A DNA stretch of 64,000 nucleotides. Source: an uncultured delta proteobacterium (GTDB taxonomy: Bacteria; Desulfobacterota; Desulfuromonadia; Desulfuromonadales; BM103). Made by a program: the position numbers and the translations under genes. The stretch covers positions 1 to 64,000 of the forward strand of contig CAVQRZ010000034.1 in the NCBI GenBank assembly GCA_963715335.1, in the 5' to 3' direction. Of this stretch, positions 40,666-51,079 are shown in pieces. How positions within the stretch are numbered: the stretch's first letter is position 1; each line of letters begins with the position of its first letter. Below the pieces are notes generated by a model. The model was not told the DNA's origin and made no database searches. It saw only the letters and a program-made list of their open reading frames with translations.

Positions 40666-41343
40666 TTAATCGAGCGGTTCCCAGTTGATAACCTGGTTCT
40701 CGAAATCAATCCGGTACGGGTGATTTTTCAGAAAATCCATGCCGAGCATACCGTCAAACGGGGGCTGCTTGCCTGTCGTGTTGATGACCATGGCAGATGC
40801 TTTTTTGATGTGGAATGGGCCGACATTGATGTGCCGGAACGTGATCCTGGTCGAGTTGACGATGCCGCCACCGGCAACCCTTGCCTTGTAAGGCCTGCCG
40901 CTTGGCAGGTCCAGTCCGCTGATCGACGCGCGGTGCAGGACGGTGGTTGATGCTCCGGTGTCCAGCAGCAGTGACAGTTCGGCGACCCGGTTGCCAAGGG
41001 CAACTTCAACGGGTATCAGCACCCGGTTGCCTTTTATGACAACGGGAGTTTGATACTTTTGCGGTGCCCCGCTTCTCGATGTTTTGTCAGATGCTTCGTC
41101 CCCCTGGATGGCCGGGGTTGTGTTTGCCTCGCCATTGTCGGGAGAATCGAAGGCCCCGAGGGCCGCGTCGCCCTCCCAAATCGATTCCGTACTGTCTCGA
41201 TACTCTGCCGGTATCTTGTTTTCATCGTCGACAAAATTAAGGCGGCCATCCTGGTCGCGGTATTTGTAAATCTCGGCAGAACCGGTGAGCGGGGTTGCCA
41301 GAAGGACGAGGACGATCAGCAATGTATGAAACTGACCAGTCAT
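40666..41343 (-). CDS. DUF4124 + retropepsin-like aspartyl protease
   Basis: Signal peptide, IYKYRDQDG, LLDTGAS, DGMLGMDFL. Confidence 0.88.
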   Translation of the reverse strand: MTGQFHTLLIVLVLLATPLTGSAEIYKYRDQDGRLNFVDDENKIPAEYRDSTESIWEGDAALGAFDSPDNGEANTTPAIQGDEASDKTSRSGAPQKYQTPVVIKGNRVLIPVEVALGNRVAELSLLLDTGASTTVLHRASISGLDLPSGRPYKARVAGGGIVNSTRITFRHINVGPFHIKKASAMVINTTGKQPPFDGMLGMDFLKNHPYRIDFENQVINWEPLD

Positions 41344-41520
41344 AGGTCTCTCATCGGTACGGAGCCCCGGCGGGATATCGGAGTGTAAGGCTTTTCACCT
41401 CCGCCAGAACCGCGCCGGGCTTCGATCGTGGCCCCGCCTTTTGTCGATACGGTTATGCGGCCGGGTTAACGGGCCGGCCGTTGCCTGTCAGCAGAACACA
41501 GGTGCGGCTGCAACGTCTGT

Positions 41521-42781
41521 TTACGCACGAAACGCGTCAGCTGTGAAATCCAGAGTCCGGAAATAGTCTGCAACGGTTTCGGCACGGCGAATCAATTCAA
41601 CCGACCCATCTGTGCGTAACAGGAGTTCCTTGGGACGAAGTCGGCCATTGTACTGAAAGCCCATTGAATGGCCGTGTGCCCCCGTGTCGTGGATTGCGAG
41701 CAGGTCGCCTTCATGGATCCGGGGCAGGCTGCGTTGGACAGCAAATTTGTCATTATTCTCACAGAGAGAGCCGACCACGTCGTAGACTTCCGATTTGCCC
41801 TGGCCGGTTTTACCGATTACGTCGATGTGGTGATAGGCTTCATACATCCCCGGACGCATCAGGGACGACATGCAGGCGTCAACCCCGACGTACTGCCGAT
41901 AAATGTTTTTGTGGTTGATCGCCCTGGTTATGAGTGCACCGTGCGGTCCCGTGATCCAGCGGCCGCTTTCCATGTACATGCGCGGCGCAAAGCCATGTGT
42001 CGATTTGAACTCGGCGAAGATCCCGACGATCTCCTTGGCCATGGTCGCCAGGTCGAGAGGCTGGTCCTCCGGTCGATAGGGAATTCCCAGGCCGCCGCCG
42101 ATATTGAGGAATTCAAAGCGAATGCCTAATTCACCTTCCACCATTTCGGCAAGCTGCAGAAGCATGCGTGCGGTTTCGACGATATAGGTGTAATCCCGTT
42201 CGTTGGAGGCCACCATGGTGTGGATACCGAACCGCTTTGGCCCCTCTTTCCTGCGCAAGCTTGTATGCGGCGACAACCTGGTCATGGGTGATGCCGTACT
42301 TGGCCTCGACCGGGTTGCCGATAATCACGTTGCCGGTACGACGTGGCCCGGGATTGTAGCGGAAGCAGACCAGCTCGGGGAATTCCGGCACTTTTGCGAC
42401 CAGTGAGATATCATCGAGGTTCAGGATGCAGCCGCCTTCTGCCGCCGCCATCTGGAACTCTTCCAGGGTCGTGTTGTTGGAGGTGAACATGATGTCCTCA
42501 CCACGACCGCCAACCTGACGGCTGGAGATCAATTCCGGGATGGAGCTGCAATCAAAGCCAAACCCGAGGTCCTTCATGATCGCCAGGATGCGTGGGTTCG
42601 GTAGCGCCTTGACGGCATAGTATTCGCGAAAGCCGCCAATGGCTGAGAAGGCCTGGTTAAGCTGATTACCTGTTGCGCGGATGCCGGCCTCATCATAAAT
42701 GTGGAATGGAGTGCCGTAATGTTTGGCAAGGTCTTCTGCTATGGGAAACAGGCGATCCTGGAAAGACTGCGACATGGGCAT
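41521..42781 (-). CDS. lysA: Diaminopimelate decarboxylase, split by a +1 frameshift near 42237
   Basis: YGTPFHIYDE, YAVKALPN, AKYG in ORF 42131-42781; GIHTM, NIGGGLG, ESGR, GSLCENND, GAHG in ORF 41521-42285. Confidence 0.92.
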
Positions 42782-42925
42782 GGTGAAGACTCCTTACATC
42801 AGATATTGGTTCAAGGCGAATTTAATAATTGGGGGTGCGGGTACGCACTGCGGATCAAGTTGCAAGATATAAACGATCAGACCGGAAAAGACAAGAGGCG
42901 CGAAACAATCTGTCGGTCTGGTGCG

Positions 42926-44167
42926 TTATCCTGGATATTTGCCAAACCATCGGCCTCGACCGATCGCGAGAAAATACCAGCAGGCCCCTGCCAGCTGCAG
43001 GATGGTCACCAGGCCGAAACTGCAGCTGTAGCCGGCCGCACTGTAGCCGCCTGAAGCGGTTTGCGGCCAGAGATCAATGATCAGGCCGATTGCCCACTGC
43101 GCAGCGAAGGCGGCAATAAAGACCAGCAGATTCAACCCGGTATTGACTCGCCCGGCGAGGTGTCGTGAAAAATTTTGCGAGAGAGCGGCATAGGGGAGAA
43201 TGCACGCCGTGCCGAAGAATCCGAACAGCAGCCAGATGAACAGGGTCATGTTCACCATCTGCAGGACAATCATGCCTTGTACGACAATGAAGCAGAGCAT
43301 TCCCGATGCTGCGACAGCCATCGGTTGTATGCCTCGTCGGGCCAGGCGTTCGGCAAGAGAGCCAAAAGCGAAGTAACCGGCAATCATGGCGATTGAAATC
43401 CCCATCAGCGTATTGGCCGCGGTCATCCGGTCATAACCCGCGATGTCGCGCAGCCAGGGGCCTGACCAGAGCCCGGCGATCGAAAGGTAAGCGGCCTGGG
43501 CTGCAACGGCCCACGGGGCGATTGACCAGAATGTCCTGCTGGTAAAGACCTGCCTGATCCCCTGCAACTGTTCACGCAGCGTCTCGCCCGAACGGGACTC
43601 CTGTTTTTCCGGGACAATCAGGAAAATGCATATGGCCGCGGCCACCGTCAATCCGGCGAGGATGAGAAAGACGCCCCGCCAGTCCGTGAATTTGAGTGAC
43701 AGTTCGACGGGGGTTGACGCGGCGAGGGCCCCGACGCCGCCGGAGACCATCTGGATCCCGTTGGCCAGCGGCAGTTTCTCGGCCGGGAACCAGAGGGTAA
43801 AAGCCTTGAATGCTGCCATCAGACAGGCAGAGACGCCAAGTCCGATCAGGGCGCGGCCAATCATCAATCCCGTGAGCGATTCGGCACGGGCGAAGGTGAA
43901 GGCACCGACTGCCGCAACCAGCAGCAGTGCAGCCTCGACCCGCCGCGGACCGTAGCGGTCAAGTAAAACACCGAGAGGGAGCTGGAACGCGGCAAACGCT
44001 AGGAAATAGGCTGAAGTCAGCAGGCCCAGGCTGGCCGGGTCGACATTGATATCGCGAACCAGGTCGGGTGCTATGACGGCATTGACAGAGCGAAACAGGT
44101 AAGAGAGAAAGTAGCCGAGGGCGAAGGGGAGGAAAACTCTCAGAAGCATGAAGGGTCGTAAAGTCAT
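42926..44167 (-). CDS. MFS transporter
   Basis: GVLLDRYGPRR motif A, GRALIGLG, about 12 TM segments. Confidence 0.92.
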   Translation of the reverse strand: MTLRPFMLLRVFLPFALGYFLSYLFRSVNAVIAPDLVRDINVDPASLGLLTSAYFLAFAAFQLPLGVLLDRYGPRRVEAALLLVAAVGAFTFARAESLTGLMIGRALIGLGVSACLMAAFKAFTLWFPAEKLPLANGIQMVSGGVGALAASTPVELSLKFTDWRGVFLILAGLTVAAAICIFLIVPEKQESRSGETLREQLQGIRQVFTSRTFWSIAPWAVAAQAAYLSIAGLWSGPWLRDIAGYDRMTAANTLMGISIAMIAGYFAFGSLAERLARRGIQPMAVAASGMLCFIVVQGMIVLQMVNMTLFIWLLFGFFGTACILPYAALSQNFSRHLAGRVNTGLNLLVFIAAFAAQWAIGLIIDLWPQTASGGYSAAGYSCSFGLVTILQLAGACWYFLAIGRGRWFGKYPG

Positions 44168-44177
44168 CCGCTCTGCC

Positions 44178-44909
44178 TTACAGGAGTACGGCTGTGGCCG
44201 CACCGATGATGCCGGCGTTATTGCGCAGGGCGGCAGGTTTGATTTCAGCCTTGATGTGCAGGTAGGGGAAGAATTCCTCGTGGTGCTGACTGATTTCTCC
44301 ACCGATGATAAACAGGTCAGGCCAGAAAAGACTCTCGAGGAGATTCAGGTAATCGTCGAAGCGTTCTGCCCACTCCTGGTAGGAAAGGTCCAATGCCGTG
44401 CGGATCGCGGCCGAAGCGAACTGTTCGGCGGCCTTGCCATGAAGTTGCAGGTGCCCGAGTTCAGTACTGGGGAACAGGGTTTGGTCATGGAATAGTGCCG
44501 TACCGAGTCCGGTGCCGGCGGTCACGACAATGGCTGTTCCGCTAAAGTCCCTGCCGGCGCCGAAGCGCATTTCCGCCAGCCCGGCGGCGTCAGCGTCATT
44601 GATGACCCTGAACTCCAGTCCGGTCCTTGCCGAAAACAGTTCAACAATATCAGTGCCGATCCAGCCAGGGTCAATGTTCGCGGCTGTGCAGGCTATGCCG
44701 TTGCGAACGACAGACGGCAGCCCGCAACCAACCGGCCCCGTCCAGCTGAAATGTTCAATGGCCTGAAAAACGACCTCAGCAACGGCTTCCGGTGTCGCAG
44801 GTTTTGGTGTCTCGACGCGCAGGCGCGCTGCCGTGAGAGTGCCACTGGCAGGATTGACGGGAGCAGCTTTCACGGCTGATCCACCGATGTCGATCCCGAG
44901 GATATCCAT
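44178..44909 (-). CDS. ppgK: ROK family polyphosphate glucokinase
   Basis: GIDIGGS, TAANID..W, INDADAAGLAE, GTGLGTA, TELGH, NNAGIIGAA. Confidence 0.88.
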   Translation of the reverse strand: MDILGIDIGGSAVKAAPVNPASGTLTAARLRVETPKPATPEAVAEVVFQAIEHFSWTGPVGCGLPSVVRNGIACTAANIDPGWIGTDIVELFSARTGLEFRVINDADAAGLAEMRFGAGRDFSGTAIVVTAGTGLGTALFHDQTLFPSTELGHLQLHGKAAEQFASAAIRTALDLSYQEWAERFDDYLNLLESLFWPDLFIIGGEISQHHEEFFPYLHIKAEIKPAALRNNAGIIGAATAVLL

Positions 44910-44913
44910 CTGT

Positions 44914-46209
44914 CTAGTGGGCCGCGAAGCCGAACCATTCGGGGAAAATCACCAGGATGCAAAGAACGAATGTCTGCAAGGTGATGAACGGAATGACGCC
45001 GTAGTAGATGTCCGTGGTTCGCACCTCGGGCGGGGCGACCCCCTTCAGGTAGAACAGGCTGAAGCCAAATGGCGGGGTAAGAAATGAAGTCTGCAGGTTC
45101 ATGGCAACCAGGATCGCATACCAGATCGGGTTGATGCCAAGGTTGGCGGCGATCGGCGCGAGGATCGGCACAACGATGTAGGATATTTCAACGAAATCAA
45201 TGAAGAAGCCAAGGACCATGATAATCAGCATCGAGAGGATCAGGAAGCCCCATTTCTCGCCCGGCAGGCCCGTCATGAAGTCTTCAACAATCCAGTCTCC
45301 GCCAGTGTAGGTGAAGACCATCGAGAACGCTGTGGCGCCGATCAGGATGGCAAAGACCATGGCGCTAATCTTGACGGTTTCCAGCGAGCTATCCCAGATC
45401 ATTCTGAATGAGAACTGGCGATAGAGGATTGCCAGGGCGATTGCGCCGATGCCGCCAACCGATGAGGATTCGGTTGGGGTAGCAACTCCGGCCAGGATCG
45501 AACCCAGCACCAGGACAATCAGCACCAGTGGTGGGACGATGGCCTTGAGAGCCTGGAAAATCTGGTGTTTTTTAGATCCTGTCAGCTCTTCCAGGCGGAT
45601 CGGTGGGGCCAGGTCCTTCTTTATTATGGTGATGATGACGATATAGGCGACATAGAACAGAACCAGTGAAAGCCCGGGCCAGAGCGCCGCTTTGAACAGG
45701 TCGCCGACCGGTTCCTGGAAAACATCCCCGAGGATAATCAGGACGATTGACGGCGGGATGATCTGTCCCAGGGTCCCGGCGGCACAGATCGCACCTGAGG
45801 CGAGTCGCTTGTCGTAGTTGTACTTGAGCATGACCGGCAGCGAGATGACCCCCATGGCCACCACGCTGGCTCCGACTACGCCGGTGGATGCCGCCAGGAG
45901 GGCGCCGACCAGGACCGTCGAGATGGCGATGCCGCCCCGGATTTCACCGAACAGGAAGCCCATCGATTCGAGCAGACGTTCGGCGAGGTTCGATTTCTGC
46001 AGCACGATCCCCATGAAGATAAAGAGCGGGATGGCCATCAGAATGGTGTTGTTCATGATCGACCAGATGCGATGGGGCATCAGGGCGAAAATCTGGGTTC
46101 CCTCTGCGAACAGGCCGAAGAAGACGGCTACGCCGCCGAAAGTAAAGGCCACCGGAAAACCGGCCAGAAGCATGACCAGTGCGACGCCGAACATGATAAG
46201 ACCGATCAT
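44914..46209 (-). CDS. dctM: TRAP transporter large permease
   Basis: AIPLFIFMG, GTLGQIIPPS, GVATPTE, SFLTPPFG. Confidence 0.95.
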   Translation of the reverse strand: MIGLIMFGVALVMLLAGFPVAFTFGGVAVFFGLFAEGTQIFALMPHRIWSIMNNTILMAIPLFIFMGIVLQKSNLAERLLESMGFLFGEIRGGIAISTVLVGALLAASTGVVGASVVAMGVISLPVMLKYNYDKRLASGAICAAGTLGQIIPPSIVLIILGDVFQEPVGDLFKAALWPGLSLVLFYVAYIVIITIIKKDLAPPIRLEELTGSKKHQIFQALKAIVPPLVLIVLVLGSILAGVATPTESSSVGGIGAIALAILYRQFSFRMIWDSSLETVKISAMVFAILIGATAFSMVFTYTGGDWIVEDFMTGLPGEKWGFLILSMLIIMVLGFFIDFVEISYIVVPILAPIAANLGINPIWYAILVAMNLQTSFLTPPFGFSLFYLKGVAPPEVRTTDIYYGVIPFITLQTFVLCILVIFPEWFGFAAH

Positions 46210-46283
46210 ACTTTAATTACCTTTATGCGAGCGACCAGAGGTCGTAGGAAGCAAATTCATGATGGCAACCGTCAATCCGAGAA

Positions 46284-46823
46284 TCACAGGATGTCATCTT
46301 CAAGGTGATGCACAGGGGGGGCTTCGAGGCCTTTGAAAACGCTGATGTTGTGAATGACGAAACCGATCGCCGAAACGATCAGGAACACAAACGATGTCGG
46401 GATCACCGCCTTGATCAGCCAGCGCTGGGTCAGACCTCCCGGATCGCCGCTGATCTCGGCCGAAGTATACGCCTCGTGCACATACCAGATCGAGCCCTCT
46501 GTGATCAGAACACACAGGGGGATCAGAAAAAGCAGAGTGCCGCCGATGTTGACGATGGCTTTCCAGCGCGGGGAGAAATTGTCGTAGAGGATATCGACCC
46601 GGACATGGCCGTCCTCTTTCAGGGCAAATGCCATGCCGAACAGGAAAACCACTGCGAACAGGTGCCATTCCATCTCCTGCATGGCGATCGAACCGGTATT
46701 GAAGAAGTAGCGCATGATGGAGTCATAGAAAACATTGACCAGCATGACGATGTTGAGAAAACCGGCGATCCAACCCATCACGTTGGAGAATCGGTCAAAA
46801 AACTTTTCCAGTTTTAGCAGCAT
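46284..46823 (-). CDS. dctQ: TRAP transporter small permease
   Basis: EMEWHLF, GHVRVDILY, four TM segments. Confidence 0.93.
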   Translation of the reverse strand: MLLKLEKFFDRFSNVMGWIAGFLNIVMLVNVFYDSIMRYFFNTGSIAMQEMEWHLFAVVFLFGMAFALKEDGHVRVDILYDNFSPRWKAIVNIGGTLLFLIPLCVLITEGSIWYVHEAYTSAEISGDPGGLTQRWLIKAVIPTSFVFLIVSAIGFVIHNISVFKGLEAPPVHHLEDDIL

Positions 46824-46850
46824 AGGGGGCCTTGCATTGCCATAGATAGT

Positions 46851-46872
46851 GCTCCCGGCCGAAGCCGGGAGC
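46851..46872 (-). terminator. Hairpin between dctP and dctQ
   Basis: GCTCCCGGC-cgaa-GCCGGGAGC perfect 9-bp stem. Confidence 0.6.
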
Positions 46873-46883
46873 GAAGGTGTAAA

Positions 46884-48003
46884 TTATTCGAGGTTGTCCT
46901 TCAGGTAGGCGTAATCAGAGATCGCTGTCCACTTGCGGGCCATCTTCATGTAGGCCCTCTGGGACTCCAGGATCTCCTTGAAGGTTGCGTCACTGGCCGC
47001 GGCCTCCTGCCAGGAGTTCGTCGTTCGCCTTTTTCATGGCGGCTATGATTTTGGGGGAGAAGGTGCGGATCTTGACCTCCGGGTATTCCTTCTCGATCGA
47101 CGCCCAGTTGACGGCGCTCTCATGGTAGGAGCGTGCGTACATGTCATAGGCGGCATACTGCATGGCGATGGTCAGGATCTCCTGCAGGTGCTTCGGCAGT
47201 GCGTCGAACTTGGCCTTGTTGACCATGAACTGCAGTTCGGTAGCAGGCTCATGCCAGCCAGTGTAGTAGTAGGGGGCGATTTTCTGGAAGCCCATGTTCA
47301 GGTCAAGAGACGGGCCAACCCATTCCAGGGCATCGATGGTCCCGCGGTCAAGCGCCGTGTAGAGCTCGCCGGGCGGAATGTTGGTGACAACAACGCCGAG
47401 CTTGGAGAGGACTTCGCCGGCGAATCCGGGGATGCGCATCTTGAGGCCCTTGAAGTCATCCAGGGTGTTGATCTCTTTACGGAACCAGCCGCCCATCTGA
47501 TTGCTGGTGTTGCCGCCCGGGAAAGAGTAGACGCCATGCTTTTCATAGACTTTCTTCATCAGCTCCATGCCGCCGCCATAGTAGAACCAGGCATACTGCT
47601 CCGGGGCGATCATGCCGAAGGGCATGGTGGTGAAGAACATGGTGCTGACATCCTTGCCTTTCCAGTAGTAGGAGGCCGAGTGGCCCATTTCGTACTGGCC
47701 GGCATTGACCATGTCAAGGATGCCGAATGCCGCCTTGTGCTTGTTCGCTGAGTCGATGCGGATTTCCATCTCGCCGTTGGACATGGCCTTGACCATGTCG
47801 GCCATCTTGATGACTGCATCACCAAAGATCGGGAAGCCGGTCCCCCAGGTCTGGGCCAGTTTCCAGACGATGACCTCTTTTTCAGCTTGCTTGGCTTCCG
47901 CTTGCGGTGCCTGCTGCTGTTCGCCACAGGCTGTCAGTCCAAGGAACGCTACGAGGACTACCAACCCTGTGAGCAGTTTCAGGAAAGGCTTCAGTTGTTT
48001 CAT
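46884..48003 (-). CDS. dctP: TRAP substrate-binding lipoprotein (TakP-like), +1 frameshift near 47010
   Basis: LTAC lipobox, SYYWKGK, QMGGWFRKEI, KMRIPG, EWVGP; shifted frame gives EAAASDATFKEILESQRAYMKMARKWT...LE*. Confidence 0.92.
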
Positions 48004-48222
48004 CTCTTCCTCCTTGATGTGTAATGTTGCCGTCATTTGTCAGCCCGAAGCAGCTTCAGGCTCCGCCAGAGAAAACCCTCTTCATAAGCCTTAATATTGC
48101 CTGAAAGCAGGCAGATGTCAATCCCCGTACAATAATGTTTTCAGATGGTTGACGCCCTTTATGTGCTTGACGTTTGGGTCGATGATGATAACTTTTACGA
48201 AAACTTTGGCAGGAGGTCCGTG

Positions 48223-49200
48223 ATGAGCAAGGCGATTCGAATCCATAATACAGGCGGTCCCGAGGTGTTGTGCTGGGAAGAAACAGAAACTGCTCCCCCG
48301 GGTGCTGGTGTAGTGCTCCTCAGGCAGACGGCGGTCGGCCTGAACTTTATCGACGTCTATCATCGTACCGGGCTCTATCCCTTGGGAGATTTGCCGGCAA
48401 CGCCCGGGATGGAGGGAGCCGGCGTCGTGGTCGCGCTTGGCGAAGGGGTGGATGGCCTCGCGGTGGGTGACCGCGTTGCCTATGCTGGGCTGCCTCCGGG
48501 CGCCTATGCAGAGGAGCGTCTGATCCCCGCCCATCGCCTGGTTAAACTGCCCGATGGTATCAGCGACCGGCAGGCAGCCGGCATGATGCTGCAGGGCATG
48601 ACCGTACAATACCTGTTGCGCAGCACTTTTCACGTCAAGCCGGGAGACACGATCCTTTTTCACGCGGCGGCAGGAGGGGTCGGTCTGATTGCCTGCCAAT
48701 GGGCCAAGCACCTTGGCGCGACCGTCATCGGTACGGTCGGCAGCCCGGAGAAAGCTGAATTGGCCAAGGCCCACGGCTGCGACTACCCGTTGCTGTACCG
48801 TGACGAGGACTGGGTCGCTCGCGTTCGTGAAATCACCGACGGAGAAGGAGTCCCGGTGGTTTACGATTCCATTGGCAAAGACACTTTTATGAAATCTCTC
48901 GATTGCCTGCGGCCCCTTGGGCTAATGGTCAGTTTCGGCCAGGCTTCGGGACCGATCGGAGCTTTTGATGCAGGGGTGCTGGCGGCCAAGGGCTCGCTTT
49001 TCCTGACCCGTCCGACCTTGATGACCTATACGGCCAACCGGGAAGATCTCCTGGCCAGTGCCATGGAACTGTTTGATGTCGTCATGTCGGGAGCCGTGAA
49101 GATCGAGATCAAACAGACCTATCCCCTGGCGGAAGCTGCCCGGGCGCACCGGGACCTTGAGGCCCGCAGGACGACCGGATCCACCGTGCTGATACCGTAA
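48223..49200 (+). CDS. qor: NADPH:quinone oxidoreductase (zeta-crystallin type)
   Basis: GLNFIDVYHRTGLY, HAAAGGVG, VVYDSIG, GSLFLTRP. Confidence 0.93.
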   Translation: MSKAIRIHNTGGPEVLCWEETETAPPGAGVVLLRQTAVGLNFIDVYHRTGLYPLGDLPATPGMEGAGVVVALGEGVDGLAVGDRVAYAGLPPGAYAEERLIPAHRLVKLPDGISDRQAAGMMLQGMTVQYLLRSTFHVKPGDTILFHAAAGGVGLIACQWAKHLGATVIGTVGSPEKAELAKAHGCDYPLLYRDEDWVARVREITDGEGVPVVYDSIGKDTFMKSLDCLRPLGLMVSFGQASGPIGAFDAGVLAAKGSLFLTRPTLMTYTANREDLLASAMELFDVVMSGAVKIEIKQTYPLAEAARAHRDLEARRTTGSTVLIP

Positions 49201-49267
49201 CTGCAGAGGCGCGAAGGGGGAAGTGGGAAAAACAGGAAAGGGGCCCGAAAGTTGATTTCGGGCGTCT

Positions 49268-49864
49268 CAGGTTGATGACAAAGTTTAGTCAGAATTCATG
49301 ATAGGGAGGGCAACAGAGGGTTAATCTGTTGCCCTCTGTCATTTATTCTTGAAAGCTTAAAAGCAAAACCGGCGGGTCGCGTCCCGCCGACGCGCCATAC
49401 CTTTTGTCCGGCAACAAAAGTATGCAAAAGTGCCTTCTCCTTGCGGAGGGCATCTCCTCTGCCGGATGTCTGTGAGTTCAAAAACCTGCTGTGATGGGGA
49501 TCCGGCCCTGTGTCAAAGGGCCTGACCTTTCCGTGTGATTTACATGGGAAAAGCCAAAACAATCCCTACCGACGCAAGCCTCCACAGCAGGAGAGGCTCT
49601 CAAGAGCCTCGGTTCCTGCGGGGGAAGCGTAGGCTCCTGATCGGTTAGAAACATCCGGATTGAGGTCGCCGCCATTCCGCGCCAGGAGATGCCCAGCGCA
49701 GCGCAGGCCTTTTTCTGCTTACTCTTTTGTGGCCAGCAAAAGAGTAAGGCGCAGTCGGGGGGCGCGACCCCCGGTTTTGCTTTTTGCTTTTATCTTTGAA
49801 TTGCAAAGACAATAGCAAAGTGCAACAGATGAACCATCTGTTGCACTAAGAATCATAGATTTCC
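49268..49864 (-). repeat. Copy C of the intergenic repeat, interior inverted
   Basis: Leader caggttgatgacaaa on the left as in other copies; 49306-49847 is the reverse complement of the A/B/D interior. Confidence 0.92.
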
Positions 49865-49869
49865 ATCTC

Positions 49870-50829
49870 TCAGACTTTTGACTTGTGGTAGGTGAAGTAA
49901 ATTGTCCCGCCGGCCCCTTCGACCCCTTCAGCCCAGATCTGGCCGCCGAGTCTGTGCACAATCCTTTGCGCGCCTGCAAGCTTGATCGTGTCTTTTGGCA
50001 GGTTGTCATCCTGCGGGCTTTCGCGGAAGGCGTCGAAGAGTCGTTTCGCCTGGCCCTCGCTGAAGCCTGTGCCATTATCACGGACAAACAGCACTTTCTG
50101 TTCACCTCTGTGGTACATGCCCAATTCGATCCGCCCCTTGCGGCCGGCCGGGATAAAGTCCATGGCATTGCGGAACAGCTGGTGAATAACCAGTCGTATC
50201 ATCTGGCGGTCAGAAACAATCGTGATCCAGGGCCGGATCGTGAACTCAAGCTCCCGCTCCGGATGTTTGTGTTCCAGTTCTTCCTTGATCTCGATAGCAA
50301 GGGTGTCGATTTTGATCCGTTCCCGTCGTGGTCGACTCACCGGCAGTTCGACGAGCGCCCGGCTTGTCTCCAGCTGCCTGCTCAGCTTCTCGTTGCAGTT
50401 GGCAATCGATTCGAGAAAGAAGAGGGTCTTTTCCTCCAGCTCGTCCTCGCACTGGGCTTTGAGCAGGGCCATGGAGGTGTTGATCTCGGAGGCTGTGTTG
50501 CGCAGATGTTGCAGCATGTCGTGGTCGAAATCTTCAACATCCTTCCTGACCAGATCCAGGTCCTCGTTGGATTGCAGCAGGTTTTTTTCTCTCTGGGCCG
50601 TGTTTGCCAGGTAATGCATGCCAAGGTAGATTGCTGCAAGAATAAAGATGCTGAACAGGAACCGATTCGCCATTTCCTGGTAGGAAGGCGACAGGAGCTG
50701 TTGCGCCACAGTGCCCTTGCCGAACAGCGCGGCACCGAGGATGGCGTCTGCAACAGTGGCGAGCGGAATCAGGGCCAGACCCCACAGGAACAGGCGGAAT
50801 AAAGATTTTTGTGACAGGGTTTTCGGCAA
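49870..50829 (-). CDS. Membrane histidine-kinase-like protein with degenerate G2 box
   Basis: Two TM segments, HDM, QLFRNA, VRDNGTGF, LGGQIWAEG..G.GGTIYFT. Confidence 0.85.
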   Translation of the reverse strand: MPKTLSQKSLFRLFLWGLALIPLATVADAILGAALFGKGTVAQQLLSPSYQEMANRFLFSIFILAAIYLGMHYLANTAQREKNLLQSNEDLDLVRKDVEDFDHDMLQHLRNTASEINTSMALLKAQCEDELEEKTLFFLESIANCNEKLSRQLETSRALVELPVSRPRRERIKIDTLAIEIKEELEHKHPERELEFTIRPWITIVSDRQMIRLVIHQLFRNAMDFIPAGRKGRIELGMYHRGEQKVLFVRDNGTGFSEGQAKRLFDAFRESPQDDNLPKDTIKLAGAQRIVHRLGGQIWAEGVEGAGGTIYFTYHKSKV

Positions 50830-50862
50830 GACGGTGCAGGTCTCCTAAAGTATAGTGGGCAC

Positions 50863-50891
50863 ATTTTAATCACAAACGGCTAATGTCGCAA
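50863..50891 (-). promoter_or_regulatory. Putative sigma70 promoter of the kinase gene
   Basis: TTGCGA-17 nt-TAAAAT on the minus strand. Confidence 0.55.
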
Positions 50892-50920
50892 GAAATTCTT
50901 CCGTGAATCGTGTGGAAGAG

Positions 50921-50956
50921 AAATAAAAAACGGACGCATTGAAAATCGCGTCCGTT
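50921..50956 (-). terminator. Rho-independent terminator with no adjacent CDS
   Basis: AACGGACGC/GCGTCCGTT stem plus a minus-strand U-tract. Confidence 0.65.
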
Positions 50957-51079
50957 GTGTGACTCTTGTTTGCTGGAGAGCTCAGGCCATTTCCCTTCGG
51001 CCCGGTCCGGAATAATTTGCCTGACTGTGTGATGCTTTGAACAGGAAAGCAGTCCGGGGATGGTTGCCCCGGCCTGCTT

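Noticed and set aside
42131..42285. lysA as two genes or a programmed frameshift
   Set aside because: No slippery heptamer recognised; similar +1 indels in three unrelated genes point to sequence error.
42782..42925. Lysine riboswitch upstream of lysA
   Set aside because: Interval is short and I see no L-box consensus.
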